A DNA stretch of 64,000 nucleotides from Amoebophrya sp. A120 (lineage: Eukaryota > Protista > Dinoflagellata). Shown here piece after piece: positions 24,971-39,200 of this stretch (its first letter is position 1; the number at the start of each line of letters is the position of its first letter). A program made the translations under genes and the position numbers. The notes under the pieces were generated by a model. That model did not search any database. It saw only the letters and a list, made by a program, of their open reading frames with translations, and was not told where the DNA came from. Location: NCBI GenBank assembly GCA_905178155.1, contig CAJINV010000009.1:2519373-2583372 (forward strand), given 5' to 3'.

Positions 24971-27900
24971 TCACAGAGACGTAATCGTACTCTTCTTGAA
25001 TCGGTTGATCCACGAGTGAACGCCTTTCTTAAAGTCGTCTAACTTCTCCACAAGGTGCTGCGGGAGACTCGCGATCGCATTCTGAAACCCGCCCCTTAGT
25101 TCAAAAGCGTGCTCTATGCATTGCAAAAGTATCGCTATCGTATTCGTATAAATGCATGACAAATTTCCTCAGCATGAGAAATGAAATTTGTAATGCGGGT
25201 TTGCTTTCAGAAAAAAATTTGTAATGCATGACTGCAATACGAGTACGATACTTTTGCACAGGATATGCTCGACCCCTTGCGCAAGCGACTTGCGCAACGT
25301 CCCCTCGGCAAACTCCGCGGATTGGTATCCACAGGAAATTTCCCGCACACGTACAAATGCTGTCTCTGCATGACAAAACTTGGCTTCGATCCTCGTTTAG
25401 CATGACAAGTTTTACACCCCAAATTGGCGAAATTTGTGATGCATTTTGTACATGTACGGGAAATTTGTAATGCATAATTGGATTACTTCTTTTATAATGT
25501 CCATCACCGAGCGGATCATCATTTCTCGCTTCCAGTTTTTCCGCCACTGCGTTAACACCTTGTCCAGGTCGTAGTTCTGGTGCTCGTGTTTCTTTTTCCC
25601 TCGTCCTCCCGAGTGCGCTGCTATCAAATGCAAAAATGTCTGGGTCTGGAAGATTGCGAGATTTGTCATGCTTGTCTGACATGACCAAAAAGTTTGTGAT
25701 GCGTGTCCAAGAAAAGACCCTTTTGTCTGTCATGCAAAAACGCAGCTTGTCATGCAAAAAACGCAACACAAAGCAGCGCAGATATTTCTCATGCTTGGCT
25801 GTGCATTACAGAGCATTCATTATTCCCAACGCAGCATTACAAGTTTCCAGACCCAGACATTTTTGCATTTGATAGCTGCAGGTTCACCAGTTGTACTTCT
25901 GTGCTGGCCGTTGTCCTGGTTTTCGTGGTCCTCCCCGTGTTGAGAACCGTCCAATATTTCATCATCATCTTCGCCGCCACTCCCGCTCATATCGTCGCTA
26001 ATAGTAGACCTTGATCTAGACGGCGCACTACTAAAACCATGATGTTCATCATCTCCTGCGCTCGTTGAATCCATTTCATCAAGACCGCCATCTTCACTTG
26101 CCTCGTCCTCTTCCTGACCGCCTTCGTCGTCTGGTTCTTCAGCAGCATCGCCCGATCCACGGGCCGCATCAACGCCGTCAGATCCAGATCCTTTGACTTG
26201 TTGCGACGTTTTCTTGTTTATCTTGGTCACTTTGTCTTTCTCCAAAAATGCTGTAGCTTTTGCTTTTTGCTCTGCTTTCGCCTTTGGCTTTTTTTTGAAC
26301 TGGTTCACCATGTCCTTGGAGAACTTGTTGAAGGTTTTTGCAATGGATGCGGGCGTGGGGAAGCACCAGACCCGGTCCTGCTGGGTCAACACGTTGTGCA
26401 CGGCGCGACACTGGTCCTTACTAGAGTGGTGGCCATCCTTTTTTGCCGAGGCGACGGGCGAGGGCACATACTGGGGGTACAAAACGTGCAAGGACCACAG
26501 CACCCCGTGCACATTCAGCTTCGTGATTCTACTTCCACTTGTGGATGTACTTGTTGCAATTTCATCCCCAGGAGCTCCTGCTGACCGGAGGGGATCCTCG
26601 TCTTGAACCGTGACCAGCGTGCCTCCCGGTTGATGTTCTTGACCATGGTGCCCGTGAAGACCACGGGCGTCCTCGATCGCCCCGAGTTGTGGTCCGTCCA
26701 CTAGCCTCCTTGGTGTAGAAGTTCCAAGACCTCCGCCCCCTTCACCATCATGATCCTCTTCTCCTTGAGGGTCGTTTCCCCCCGATCGCGAAACAATTTC
26801 TGTCGTTGTCGCAGATTCTTCCCCGTCGCAACAACCATCCCCCTGCTTCTTTTTATGAACAGCACGTACCAGTGCTGTGCTGCCCTCGTCCTCCCTCGCC
26901 GCGCGGCCCGACAGGTCGTCGTCGTGCAGTTGGTCTTCCAGCATTCCAGGGGACGAAAAGCTACGTCGCAGAGGCGCTCGGAGGGATAAGGCCGACTCTG
27001 AATCGGTTTCGCTTTCCCCATTCGGCTCCGAGATAAACTCCATGCTGAAATCGCCCCTCCGTGCGCGTTATGAACTGCAAAAGTATCGTACTCGTATAAA
27101 TGCATGACAAATTCCTTCAGCATGAGAAATAAAATTTGTAATGGGAATTCACCTTGAGAAAAAAAATTGTAAAAATGCATGACTGCAATAGTACGAGTAC
27201 GATACTTTTGCACAGGATACGCGTGCGTCCAACTCCTCGCGTAGCTTGCGTTTTTGCTGTTCCTTGGCCTCCTCCACTACTTCCTGCAGATCTGTGCCGG
27301 CTTTCATTCGGTGCCGTTGTTCCCGCCGCTCCATCTGGTATTCCTCGAGTTCTGTCGTCGATAGTCGCCGGTGCAGCTTCCCGCCCCGCGCAAGCCGCGA
27401 CAGCAGCTTGTCTGCTGAAGCTCTACTTCCTCTTCTACTACGGGTCCTCGTGATCGTTGTTCTCGCCCCCAGCTGCCCCGCGACATCTGAATCAGAATGA
27501 TGATCGCGGGGCGGTAAGAAAGATCCTTGATCATGATGATCCTGCCCCCCACCGCCCGGGAGGACCACATCGACGTGGCCCTCGTGCAGTTCCTCGTCAG
27601 GTCGCTCTTGACCAAGATCACTTCCTGATCCGTGCGTCACGAGAGTTCCGCCCGTCTGGTGGTGGTGCGAGCTGCTGCCATGGTCCACGTCCTCGCCGGG
27701 AAGAACGTCGGACAGCAGGTGTTCTATCCTGTGCAAAAGTATCGTACTCGTACTAATTGCAATCATGCATGACAAATCTTGTTTCTTAGCGAAAACAGCA
27801 TTACAAATTCCATTTTCCCTTCTGGAAAAATTTGTATTGCGGTTTGTACTAGTACGATACTTTTGCAATGCATATGTTCCTTCCCACGACAAAACTCGTC

Positions 27901-30900
27901 GATCGGGCATTTGTTGGTCAGGGCAAAGTTGTTTTCCGCAGCGCTCTGCCGCAGCGCCGTCTGGCAAAGCCCGTGCGACTCCACCGGCAGGTCGAATTCG
28001 ATATCGTGAGAAAAAAGTGTTTCCCTGTAAGGATTTTGCAAGTTCTGCATCACAAGTTTGTTCTACATCACGGAGAAAATTTACCATGCGAGATTCCTAA
28101 GGGACAACACAGCTAAAAATCCATTGTTTTGCATGTGTAGCAAGACAGATACTTCTCAGATGCATTTTCTGCATTACAAGTTTACAGTGAAACAGTTTTT
28201 TCTCGCGATATTCGACGCCAAGCGTCCACTGCATCGTCTTCTCGAAAACGACGGACTATCCTCAGCAAAAACGTCTCCACCCCAGAGTTGTCATGCAGAC
28301 ACGCATCTAGTACAGGGAGTGGGGGATAATTTGTCATGCGCATCCCCATGCTGAGAAGCATTTTCTGTCGTGCTTCAGAATTTGTGACGCTGCAAACACG
28401 ATAAGAAGATGGATTTGTGATGCGGTCGCCCGTGCTAAGTAACCTGCACTACAATACGCCGGAGAAAAGCTTGTCATGCGTGACTCCCAAAACTTCTGAG
28501 TTTGTGTTTCAGAATTCCCAACTTGACTATGGGGTCGTGGGGACGTTTTTGCGCGGGATACGGACGCGGCGTTATTCAACGCCTCCGAGAGATAGTAATA
28601 TCCAACAAAAAAGTGTTAACGTTAACGGCTTTCATAGCAGGGTGCAGATATGCATGACAGATTTTGCCTAGTATGCATGCTATGCATGACAAATTTGGGC
28701 ACGTTTTGTGATACATTACTGCATCACAAATTCCGTTAACGTTAACACTTTTTCCTGTGATAAGTAATCCACGTAGATCATCATCAGCTCTGCCGCGTCC
28801 TCCCAGACCTCCTGGACTACCCCGGACACGTACTTGGGGAACCCGCCCGGAACCGGAATGGACTCGATGGCGTCCCGAAGAGGGTCGATGATGTGCTTTT
28901 GCCCCTCCCCTATGGAATGCAAAAAGGTCTGGGTCTGGAAGATGGCGAGACTTGTCATGCTAGTAGTCTGGCATGACTCTGCACTTCGTATTGCGTGGCC
29001 ACCAAGAGGTCCTCTTCCCTGTCATGCAAAAGCGCAGTTTCTCATGCGAACTACGCAGCACACAGGCACCAAAAAACTTGTCATGCTTGGCGGCGCATTA
29101 CTGAGCACTTATTGTTCTTCACGGACTTGCATCACAAGTTTCCAGGAGACCCAGACATATTTGCAATCCATATCCTCCAGAATCAGCAGATTGCTGATCT
29201 CGTTCGGACACACCATGCCGTCGCGGTCTCCGTCCAAATTGTCCACCCAGAGGGTATCCCACAGAAAAAAGCAGGCAGGGCACATTTGTAATGCAAAAAT
29301 AAATACGCAGAAAAATCTGTCATGCGCAACCCCATAGCATGCTGTTTGGGATACGCAGCGCAGAGTTTGGTTTTCCTGTCTATTTATTTTTGCATTACAA
29401 ATCTGACCTGCCTGCTTTTTTCTGCGGGATAAAGGGTAAGTTGTGCCGACAGCAAACCCGCCATCAGTTCGGGCACCATTTCCAAGAAAAAGTCCCGCAT
29501 TTTCGGCTGGAAGGATTCGGCGGTCTGGGTGATTTCGGAAAGGAGGTTCGTCGCTAAATTGCCGACAATGCGCAAGAACGTCAGGTCCTTCACGGGCAGA
29601 TTGATGAACCCCGGGCGCGGCTTATTCGAGCCTTCCTCCAGCTCGTGCGACTTGGGCATGCATCCGAGCGCGTTCGACAACTTCGCGGACAGATCGTCGC
29701 ATGAAAGCTGCTCCTGCTCTGCTCGGGACGACGACGACGACGACGACGACGCAACAGGTGCGGGCTTCCGCCACGCGATGTGGTCAAACACCCATTGGCA
29801 GGTCTGCAGGTGCTGCTCACTTATCTTCACGGTTCTTGTTGCAGTACTACTACTAACTTCACGCGAGGACGATGTCGGCGGGGCAGAAACCTGTACCTCG
29901 TCGTCGCAGCCGGGTTCCAGTCGCATCCGCTGCAGAATTTTCACCAACTGCTCTTCCGTGAGGTCAAAGGCGCTCGCCCACCCTTCCGTGTCGTCCACGA
30001 AGAGGAACGCCCCCCGAGAAGCAATATCGAGCCGCTCCACCAGGTCATTCAGTGCCACGTCTTCCGGGTTCGTGAGCGCCGTCAGCTTCGTCGCACCCCG
30101 GTTGGCCTCGGCGCACCCCCTTTTCAACTTCTCAAAGTGCTTCTGCAGCTTGGTCTTGATGGTTCGCTTCTCCAGTGCGTGGTCTACCGTCATTTTCACC
30201 TCGGCAATTTGCAACAACTTGGTCGCGCGGCCTTTGGTCTTCTGGTCCTTGGTTCGGTAACACTGTCCCCTTAGCTGCTCGTACACTTTCATCACGCTCT
30301 CGTCTGCTTTCAGAAAATACTTTTCCGGGATCTCGACCAGGCTGCTCTCCTGCTCCTGGGGCGATTGCAGCTGGTCCGCCAAGAAGTGCTTCTGCTGCAT
30401 TTTCCAGCCTTGGACGTTTGTGCGCGCCTCCGGATCCTCCTTCAGAGCTTTCCGCTCTGTCATTGCGGCCCGATCGTCCTTGTGCGGATCTTTTTCCTTT
30501 TCCAGCCCCGTGAATTTCCAAGCGAGCCTGGTAAAGTCGCCACGTTCCAGATCCTTTGGCGTTTTTACTAGGTAAACAAAATGGAAAAAGTAAGGACTGT
30601 CTAGCGAGCTGAAGCTTGGGTCGACAACGTCGACGAAATGTCTGGGGCCAGCTTCTGTCACAGCAGTAGAAATCGGCAGGAAGACCCGAGCGGTGCATTC
30701 TCGGACGATTTCGCGTAAACGCGGGATATGCGACAGCAGGAGCTCGTTTCGGTCGTAGGACAACTCACCAGGTGCTTCTGCACCAAGAACATTTAGCGGG
30801 CTTTGGCGGGTCAGAAAGGTATAGCTGTGGGGCTCATCTTCCTTGTACCACATAAACCCGGTTCGACCGTCCGAGAGGCGGCGGGAGCCGGGAGACGAGG

Positions 30901-33900
30901 GCTGGGCCTATCCTGTGTAAAAACGTCCCCACCCCAGAGTTGTCATGCAGATTTGCCATGACAGGAACATTTGCGATGCGCAACCCCATGACAGGCATTT
31001 TCAATCGTGTTTGGGAACTTGTAATGCTGTAAACAGGATCAGAAGGTCAATTTGTGATGCGGCTTTCCTTGCTGACTTGCACTAGCTTACGGACTGAAAC
31101 TTGTCATGCGTGACTCAAAAAACTCCTAGGTTTGTGTTGCAAAATCCCCATCCTGACTCTGGTGTGGGTACGTTTTTACTCAGGATAGGGCCATGACCTT
31201 GGTCAAATCCCAGTAGGGTAGTAGCGTGTACCGCTCCTCCTCTCTGCTTTCTGGGTTATGGAAGTGTCAGGATTGAAATCTTCAAAGTTGAAATGGTTTG
31301 CGATGCATAAAATGCAACCCACAAAGTGCCTGTCTTGCAGGGTAGGCAAGTGAGGCAGATTGTAAGCCTCTTAAGGGGTAAAAAAAGAGATGCTAAAGTA
31401 GCATGACAAAGGGCGTCTTCCTTACCCAAACAGCATGGCAAACTGGATTTAGGCTCTTCCTAAATTTGTCATGCGCCGCTTAGAAATTGGGCTTCCAACT
31501 GGTATCGATTTTCCGCATTACAAATTATTTCAACTTTGTCGATTTCAACTCTGACACATCCATATGGGTTCGTCACACAGTAGAGGGGCAGGTGTTGCGC
31601 CGGAACTGTGACCTCTGCCGGGTATGCGGAGCTCATTCGAGCATGTTCATCGGAAGGCGGACAATGAGAAACGTCGGGGAAGAAAATGAAAGGCTTGTCG
31701 TTGCTCGTTCCACCTCCCGGTTGTTGGAGGGGCAAGGCCGTTTCTCCCTTTTTTGGGTATTTGTACGGAGGATAAGCAGCTCTGACAAACTGCATACTGC
31801 TTTCAGGATGCGGGTCTGACGGCATCAGGTGCAACATCTGCGCAAAGCCCTGCTGCGTGGCGGTCGTGGCCTCTTCTGCTCCTTCTGTCCCCGTTGTTCG
31901 TTCATGATCTGCAAAGAAAAGTGGCTTGGTTATCCACACGTGGCGTCCCAGTGGTTTCTCGGTCTCGTGGTACATACAACCTTTTCGCTCGTGCCAGTTG
32001 AGCATCACTCGCGCTTTAATAGGATTGAGTTCCTCTGTGGGCGACGGCATCCTGAAAGGTAGCGACAGAAGGTTATCCACAAAAAGAGAGACTCACGACC
32101 CCCATCCATTTTTTGCATCACAAACACGGGACTTTATGCATTTTTTGCATGACAAATTGGATCGTGGGTGTCGTGGGTGTTTTATTTTCCTGGATAAAAG
32201 TCGTCGGTTCCCGGCGCGTCTTCGGTAAAGAACGTCCAGTACTTGTTGGGTTTATCAGTCTCGAGGTCTCTCGCCGAGGACACTGCTGGGAGTGCCACGT
32301 ACCGTACGGCTCTTCTGAGGTTATCGTCTTCCTTTTTCGCAACATAGATTTTCAGGTGTTCGACGGGGACCTCCACAACGCGGCCATGAAATATAGGACT
32401 CTCAAGCGTTACATTCTCAGCTGTTGCATGATTTGTCATGCGAAATTACCACGAGCCGCCAGACGATCAAGCTATCTCGCATGACAAATCCCCGAAGGGC
32501 TAAACAGTGCCTAAATCTGTGCCAAATTTGCGATGCGAAAGTTGCGAGCTTGCCCTTTTCAGTGTTGCGCTTCTTGCATCAGAAATTTATGCAACAGTTG
32601 AGAATGTAACGTTTGAGAACGCCATATGAAACGGTTGTGTCTCCTCGAGAAGCTCGTCTGGTTTCTTATCCTGTGCAAAAGTATCGCACTCGTATTCGCA
32701 ATCATGCATATCTTTCTCTTAAGGTAAATCAGGATTGCAAATTTTATCTCTCATGCTGAGGAAATTTGTAATGCATTTATACGAGTACGATACTTGTTTT
32801 GCAATTCATATTTCTCTCTGTTGGGCAAGTTCAAGCTCTTGGAGAGCATCTCGTTATTGGCGTTGAGGTAGTCGCCCCGAGCAGGTGTGCCTGGGTTATA
32901 AAAGCCTGGTACAAGTTCGAAAGGATTTTTTCCGCCGAGCCCCAGCCCCCCGAGAAAGGCGAAGGATGTGGCTTGTGAAATAACTTCTTCGTCATCTGCA
33001 ACTCCCAGCCGTGCCTGCTCACGATCAAGATCTTCCACATTTTGAGGACCAAAAGCTCTACTTTCCTCTTCGCTGGATGATGTTCCTCGAGGAGAAGAAG
33101 AAGTAGAGGCGTGCCAAGTTGCGCTGGCGGAACTCGAACTGTTCGTCGGTGTGGTTGCGGCATCGAAGTCGAAAGACGACGTCTTGTTCAAAATGGACGA
33201 AGCATTTTCAATGCCCTCGAACAAGTGGTCGGATGAAGGGAGACGCGAAGATGACAATGTAGTTGAAGGTGGCGATGCAGATGCACGTGCAGGCTCTCTT
33301 ACTGGTGTAGAAGTTCTCGCGGCTGTCCTACTTGTACTGTTCTCGCCCCCGCCAGCTGCACTACTACCTCCTCGAGGAGTTCTCCTGCCGAGGGGCAGCG
33401 TGAAAAAAATGGTTTCATTTTTCCCACCCACAACCGTCGTCATTGTGGTTGTAGTGGTGCTAGAAGTAGTGCTGCTCCTACTTGTCGACGCTCTCGATGT
33501 CTTGTTTTCCATCTTATTTCCTGCGTCCTCGATTTTGGATTGTTTTACGACGTGGTGGTCGTCCGGGGGCAGGACCACATCTGCAGCGGAGGACGCTGCG
33601 GAAGTCTCGGAGGACGGTACGGATTGCGTCGTGGTACTAGTGGACGTCGTGGCAGCCGCGCTCTTAGTACTTGAAGGAGCTGTTGGTCGTGCACTTCGAG
33701 TAGAAGTGCTGCTTCTCGAACTTTTTCTCCCCGCTCTTCGTGTTTTCTTTCCACCTCTCCGTCTCGCCCGCTGATGTGGTGCGGTACTCGCCCCGCTGAG
33801 GTCCGCGAGCTGTCGGGACAAAATTTGTTGCGAGCTGGCGACCAGGTGCGACTCGTCGTTCTCGTAGTCTTCCTCATCGTAGTCAAATTCCCACATAGGT

Positions 33901-34662
33901 GCTGCATCTTCAGCCGGCGGTATCCAAGAAAAAAACGCTGTTAGTGTAAATTTGTGATGCGCAACATGCAAGATGATTGCGTCTGTCATGCTTGGCATAC
34001 ATCTTAGGGTCCATTAAAGGGCGTTTTCACGTTCTATCTGCGCATGACAGGTTTTTGCTGTCATGCCGGGCAAATTTGTAATGCGGTTCCCCCAAAAAAG
34101 TTACACCTACAATGTTTTTTTCTTGCATAGGCGGCGGCGGGGGTTGTTCCTGTTTCCTCTGGTCGACGTGAGGCAGCATTTTGTTTTTGTCAGCACCAAC
34201 ATCTGGCACAAAATAGATGTCGCGCTTGTTGCCGGGCGTCGACGTCGTACTAGAGGGGGCTCCTTCGGCACCAGTACCACTGTTACGACGAGAAAGATCT
34301 CCCAATGTTGGTCCCTCGGTGCTAGAAGGCATCGTGCTGGCGCTCCCGACTACACTGCTTCTTGTTGCGCGGCCTGGTGTTGGTCTTCCAGCAGCGGCCA
34401 TTTCATCATCTTCAAGTCGCGAAGTAGAAGTAGTATCAGACAGCGCGGCGGTCCTCGTGAAGAGTTGTTCTTGTTGTGTACTGCTCGCTGAGTCATGTTC
34501 GGTATCTCGCTCGACTTTAAATCCGGTAACGCCACGGAGGAAGGAAACATAGTTGAAAATAACGCTGCCGCCACAACCTCTACTCCGGCCCACCAGGTCG
34601 TCGGGGGAGAGGCTGGAGGCCGCAAGCATGGCCGCGACGAGGAAAGCGTAGGGGCGCGACAT
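24971..34662 (-). CDS. Gene B: large putative secreted protein with an EF-hand-like loop, paralog of gene A
   Basis: Signal-like MSRPYAFLVAAMLAASS; PMWEFDYDEEDYENDESHL; DGDRDGMVCPNE; 16 introners; ends KKSTITSL*. Confidence 0.75.
25115..25265. mobile_element. Introner F1
   Basis: TSD TGCTC. Confidence 0.92.
25326..25476. mobile_element. Introner F6
   Basis: TSD ATTGG. Confidence 0.92.
25622..25874. mobile_element. Introner F2
   Basis: TSD GCTGC; perfect TIR. Confidence 0.93.
27069..27219. mobile_element. Introner F1
   Basis: TSD CGCGT. Confidence 0.92.
27725..27874. mobile_element. Introner F1
   Basis: TSD TGTTC. Confidence 0.92.
28002..28210. mobile_element. Introner F13
   Basis: TIR TATCG.GAGAAAAAA.TGTTTC.CTGTAA; TSD TTCGA. 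Confidence 0.9.
28257..28560. mobile_element. Introner F8
   Basis: TSD CGGAC. Confidence 0.9.
28599..28762. mobile_element. Introner F3
   Basis: TSD AGTAA. Confidence 0.92.
28911..29172. mobile_element. Introner F2
   Basis: TSD TCCCC/TCCTC. Confidence 0.9.
29255..29431. mobile_element. Introner F14
   Basis: TIR TATCCC.CAGAAAAAAGCAGGCAGG; TSD GAGGG/AAGGG. Confidence 0.9.
30909..31187. mobile_element. Introner F8
   Basis: TSD GGGCC. Confidence 0.92.
31257..31564. mobile_element. Introner F10
   Basis: TSD TGGGT. Confidence 0.92.
32074..32196. mobile_element. Introner F7
   Basis: TSD AAGGT/AAAGT. Confidence 0.88.
32392..32626. mobile_element. Introner F4
   Basis: TSD TGAAA. Confidence 0.92.
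32667..32810. mobile_element. Introner F1
   Basis: TSD TTTCT. Confidence 0.9.
33921..34129. mobile_element. Introner F5
   Basis: TSD GGCGG. Confidence 0.88.
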
Positions 34663-36233
34663 GATCGTCGTGAAGTGCCGGGCACGGGAAGAAGAAAATA
34701 AAGTCATCCTGAAATGACACAAGTTGCTCGTATGGAATTCAGGTGAAATAGATGACAATAATCTACAACATAAACAGGGGAAAAACAAAAAATGGCAACA
34801 AGGTAGTGCTTATTTTAGTTGGTTTTTCAGGGGGTGGTGGTTATTTTAGTTGTTTTTTCAGAGGGTCGTAGATTTTGACGTCGAGTGGAAAAATCTCGAC
34901 AAGAAGAATCCTGTTTAGTTAAGCAGAATGTGGTGCGCGGTGCTTTTTAAATGAGTCTGTCAATGTTGACAGTGATGTCAGGCTGTTTTTGGATGTACGA
35001 AAATCGTGGTTACGAATAACAATAATCATTGCTCCTGTTCCTGTTGGAGGAAACGAAATAAGTACTGACGACCTGGACGAAGTACGACGAACGGGGGGAC
35101 GAACAGGAGACAGACCGACAACGGAAAAGAAAGAACGAAGGCAAGAGTCCGAGTTTTTTTTCTGTGCTATGATCCGGCTCCATACACATACAGTTCATTA
35201 CTTCATCTTCGTAAAAACGGACGAAGCTGGACGAAGATCAGAAAGAGAAACTACACCGCTGCTCGCCGGCGTGCATGAGAGACTACAAGACCAGGTTGAT
35301 AGAAAGCAAAACTTATTTTTAGCCGGTTTACGAGAACGATGCTACCTTCGTCTTTGATGTATTTTGCTTACTACGTAAAGCAACGAATAACGAAAACAAA
35401 AACATAAACTACTCCATGTGAAGAAATATAACGACGCGAATCAAGTAGCTTCTTCGATAGAATCATGCAACTCACACTGAGGATGGAGAGGACCCACTCC
35501 TGTGTGACCTCGAACTGAGGATGATATACCAGATCCAGAAGATAAAGATTTAGATTAGATACGACGAAACTAAGCACGACCAAGCACCACGTCAAGGCAG
35601 CGGGCGGTACGTCGACGAGGACGAGAGAGAGAATATTTATTAACGGGTTGCACAAGAATGGCCGAGACAAGTTTACGCCAATAACCAAAATTGATCCTCC
35701 CGTGGACCGTGAGACAAAGTCCATCCCGCTTCGTCATCAAGTGTCAACGTCAAGGAGAACACCAAAATAAATTCAGCCATGGGTGACCTCGTTCATCTCC
35801 GCAGCCGCAGCTACAAGAAAGATATAGGCAGCTACCCTGGTCGTGCAATTCTAATTTTTATTTTTCCTCGCAATATGATACTAGATTCTATACGCTCTTG
35901 AAAAAGTTGTCGTCAACTGACCGGGGTCGTACGTGAAGGACGATTTCATTTGTGATGACGCAATCGCGATTTATTTGAAGACGTCTTTGCATCTTCTGTC
36001 GAAAAAGCAACTTCTTGTTTCAACGATTTTTCCAGTGACTAGTTGTTACTTCTAGTACAACCAAGAAGCCTAGTACAACGTGGAGGTGAATTGGTTTTGA
36101 TTTTGAGTTTGTTGATCCTAGCTTTCAGTTTCACAACCTCGTACTCACAGCTCCGATCCTACTTACTTCAAAAAATCGTTCCGATGTTTTCCTGGAATCG
36201 CATCGTATACAAGTCGACTCATCCGTTTCCCTT

Positions 36234-39200
36234 TCAATCGCTGAGTTCAATCACCTCCGGCTCGACAGCAGGCTTTGGCGGTCTGGCCCGTGATTGCTGT
36301 AGTTGTACTGCTCTAGAAGTTATGGAATGTAAAAGTGTCTGGAAGAATGTGAGATCTGTGATGCATATTTTGCATGATCCATAATGTCTGTGATGCATGG
36401 CCTAGCATCACAGATTTTTACAGCGCCTCCTCATGCCTATTCCGCATGACAAATGCCATCTCCGCGAAGCACAAAGTCTACTCCTCTTACTGGTCATGCA
36501 ATACAAATTTTTTTCGAATCCAGAGACAGCATCACAAGTTTAGAATCTTCCAGACCCAGACATTTTTGCATTGCATAGAAGTGGTTGTGGAAGTCGCTGC
36601 AGTTGTATTGTAGTTCTTCCCTGCAGCTCCTGTGGCCCCAGCCGCCCCGGTAGTTGTACCACGAGAACAAGTCGATCTGTGCAAGGAATAGGAATCTTTA
36701 GAAGCTGCGGAAGAGGATGAAGCTGCGACCCCAACGGCTGCAACAGCTGAAGATGAGGACGTGCCTGCGGTTATCATTTCGCCAGTCGTGCTGGTTGCGG
36801 TAGTTCCTGTTTTCTGCTTTTTCAACGCCGGCTCGTCCTCGTGCTTATCCTGTGCAAAACTATCGTACTCGTATAAATGCATTTCTTGCATTACAAACAT
36901 TTTTCTCAAGGTAAATCAGCATGACAAATTTTATTTCTCATGCGGAAAAAATTTGTGATGCATTTATACGAATACGATACTTTTGCAGTTCATAGTGCTC
37001 GTCGTCTGACAAAATTGTCTCCGCCCCACCAAACTGCATCTCATGCTCCTTCTTGATTTCCCTGTCAAATGCGAAGTTGGTGGTGCCGTATCCTGTGCAA
37101 AAGGATCGTACTAGTAGAAATCGCAATACAAATTGGCTTAGCATTACAAATTGAATTTGTAATGCTGATTTGCCTTAACAACTAGATTTGTAATGCGTAA
37201 CTGCAATTAGTACGAGTACGATACTTTTGCAATGCATATGCCGTCCTCGTGCACGATCACCCGCCCGAAGTCTTCCCGCACGATCTCTTTCACAATGAAA
37301 AATGCCCCCACCCCCGAACTACTTGGGAGCATTTGTATTGCAAACCCTTTCAAATGAAACACCTGCCCCCTTGCATCTATCAGCATCACAGATTATTTCC
37401 AATCGTGAATAGAAACCATTTGCATTGCAAAAGATCCCAGCGAGAGCGACGCTTGTCATGCAAGCGATGCGATACACGCCTAGATTTTGCAGCAGAAAGG
37501 ATCATACTCGTTTCACGCATAGACAAAAAGTTCTTCATTTGAAAACCTTTATGCATCACAAATTTTTTCAACTTTTGGGGTGGGGGCATTTTTCACTGTA
37601 ATAATCTCGTGGACCTCTTCTCTCTGGTCCTGGATCAGTTGTTTCACTAACAGCTTTTCCGTGTCCGCGTCTCTTTGCACGGCCTTCCCATGGTGTTTCG
37701 CATCTCGTATGTGCAGGAGTTTCAACGCGGCCTTGCGTTATGCATTGCAAAAGTATCGTACTCCTACTCGTATAAATGCATTACAAATTTCCGCAGCATG
37801 AGAAATGAAATTTATCATGCGGATTTACCTTAAGAAAAATATTTGTAATGCATGATTGCAATACAAGTGCGATATTTTTACAGTGCGTATGCGCTCTGCC
37901 GTGTTGATGAGTTTTTTTGTGAAACCGCAAAACCGCATATAACTGTGCACAACTCCCCCTCCCCCTCATTTGTATAGCATGGACGGCAATACAAGCATTC
38001 GCAAGAATGCCGGTTCTGCATGACAAATTCGCACTGGTGTATAGTGCTATCTGGGCTACCAGAACTTGTCATGCAAAGAAACAGTGCCAAGAGGAAGAGG
38101 CAAAGGGTGGATTGGGTATTTTGCATGACAAATGAGGGGGACGAGGGGGAGTTGTGCACTGTCATACCGCAGGTCAAAGGGATGGCACCGCGTACGGGTG
38201 TTGGGGCACTTCCACCGCTTGGCCGGGTTTTGGATTTGTCGCTGCGATATGCATTGGACAAGTATCGTAGTAGTATAAATTGCAATACAAATTTCCTTAG
38301 CATGAGAAATGGAATTTGTCATGCGGATTTGCCTTAGAAAAAAGATTTGTAAAGCAAGACTGCATTCCTACGAGTACGATACTTTTGCGCAGGATATGCG
38401 ACTCGAGAAAGGCGTCCATGTCGAAGGTCTGGAGATGGGTTTTCTCCGAGGTCTGGCTAATCATCGGGGTGTCCTGTACAGCCCCGGAGATCGGGCAAAC
38501 GAGCGAGATCGACCGGAGTTCGACCGAGACACTGGTCGTGAGAAGTTCCTGACTACCGTCTTCGTCCCCGGACTTCATTCGCTTGAAGTACTGCAGAATG
38601 CGCTGCTTGTCGTAGGAGGAGCTTTTGGTCGCCGCGGAGTCAACAGCTGCGTCTGCCGCCAGGGGGTCGGAGGTCGTGTCGTTGGTCGTCGTCAACCGGC
38701 GCTGCCTGTCGGAAGGTGGAAAATAGTTGGGGTTCTTTATCATTTGCTCCAACACCCGCTTCCGCAAGTCCCCCGTGCCCTTTTTTTCGCACAAGTAGAA
38801 GCCCATCAGAAACATTCTCGACGGTATATCAAATGCAAATATGTCTGGGCCTGGAAAGTTGTGATGCTAGTGTCCGAATGATACCACGCTCGCAGTCTGT
38901 ATTAGGGGGCTGCGCATGACAAGTTTCTGAGCGGCTATGTCTAGCGTGAACCGCATGAAAAATGTGTTTTTGCATGACAAACAAGTGACTACACTGTAGC
39001 GCACCAAGCATGACAGACTTTTCAGTCATGATGCCAGTCAAGCATGACAAACCTGCTTGCATCCTTCCAGACCAAGATGACATATTTGCAATGCATACGG
39101 TTCGCCGTCTTCCAATTTGTCAGACCCGTTGTAAAATCTGCAGGTGAGTCTGACCTTCGGCAGCCCGTTCGGGTTGGTCAACTGATGCTTGTCCATCTTC

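Noticed and set aside
29529-33774. Long plus-strand ORFs (29529-30260, 33151-33774 and similar)
   Set aside because: Antisense shadows of minus-strand coding exons
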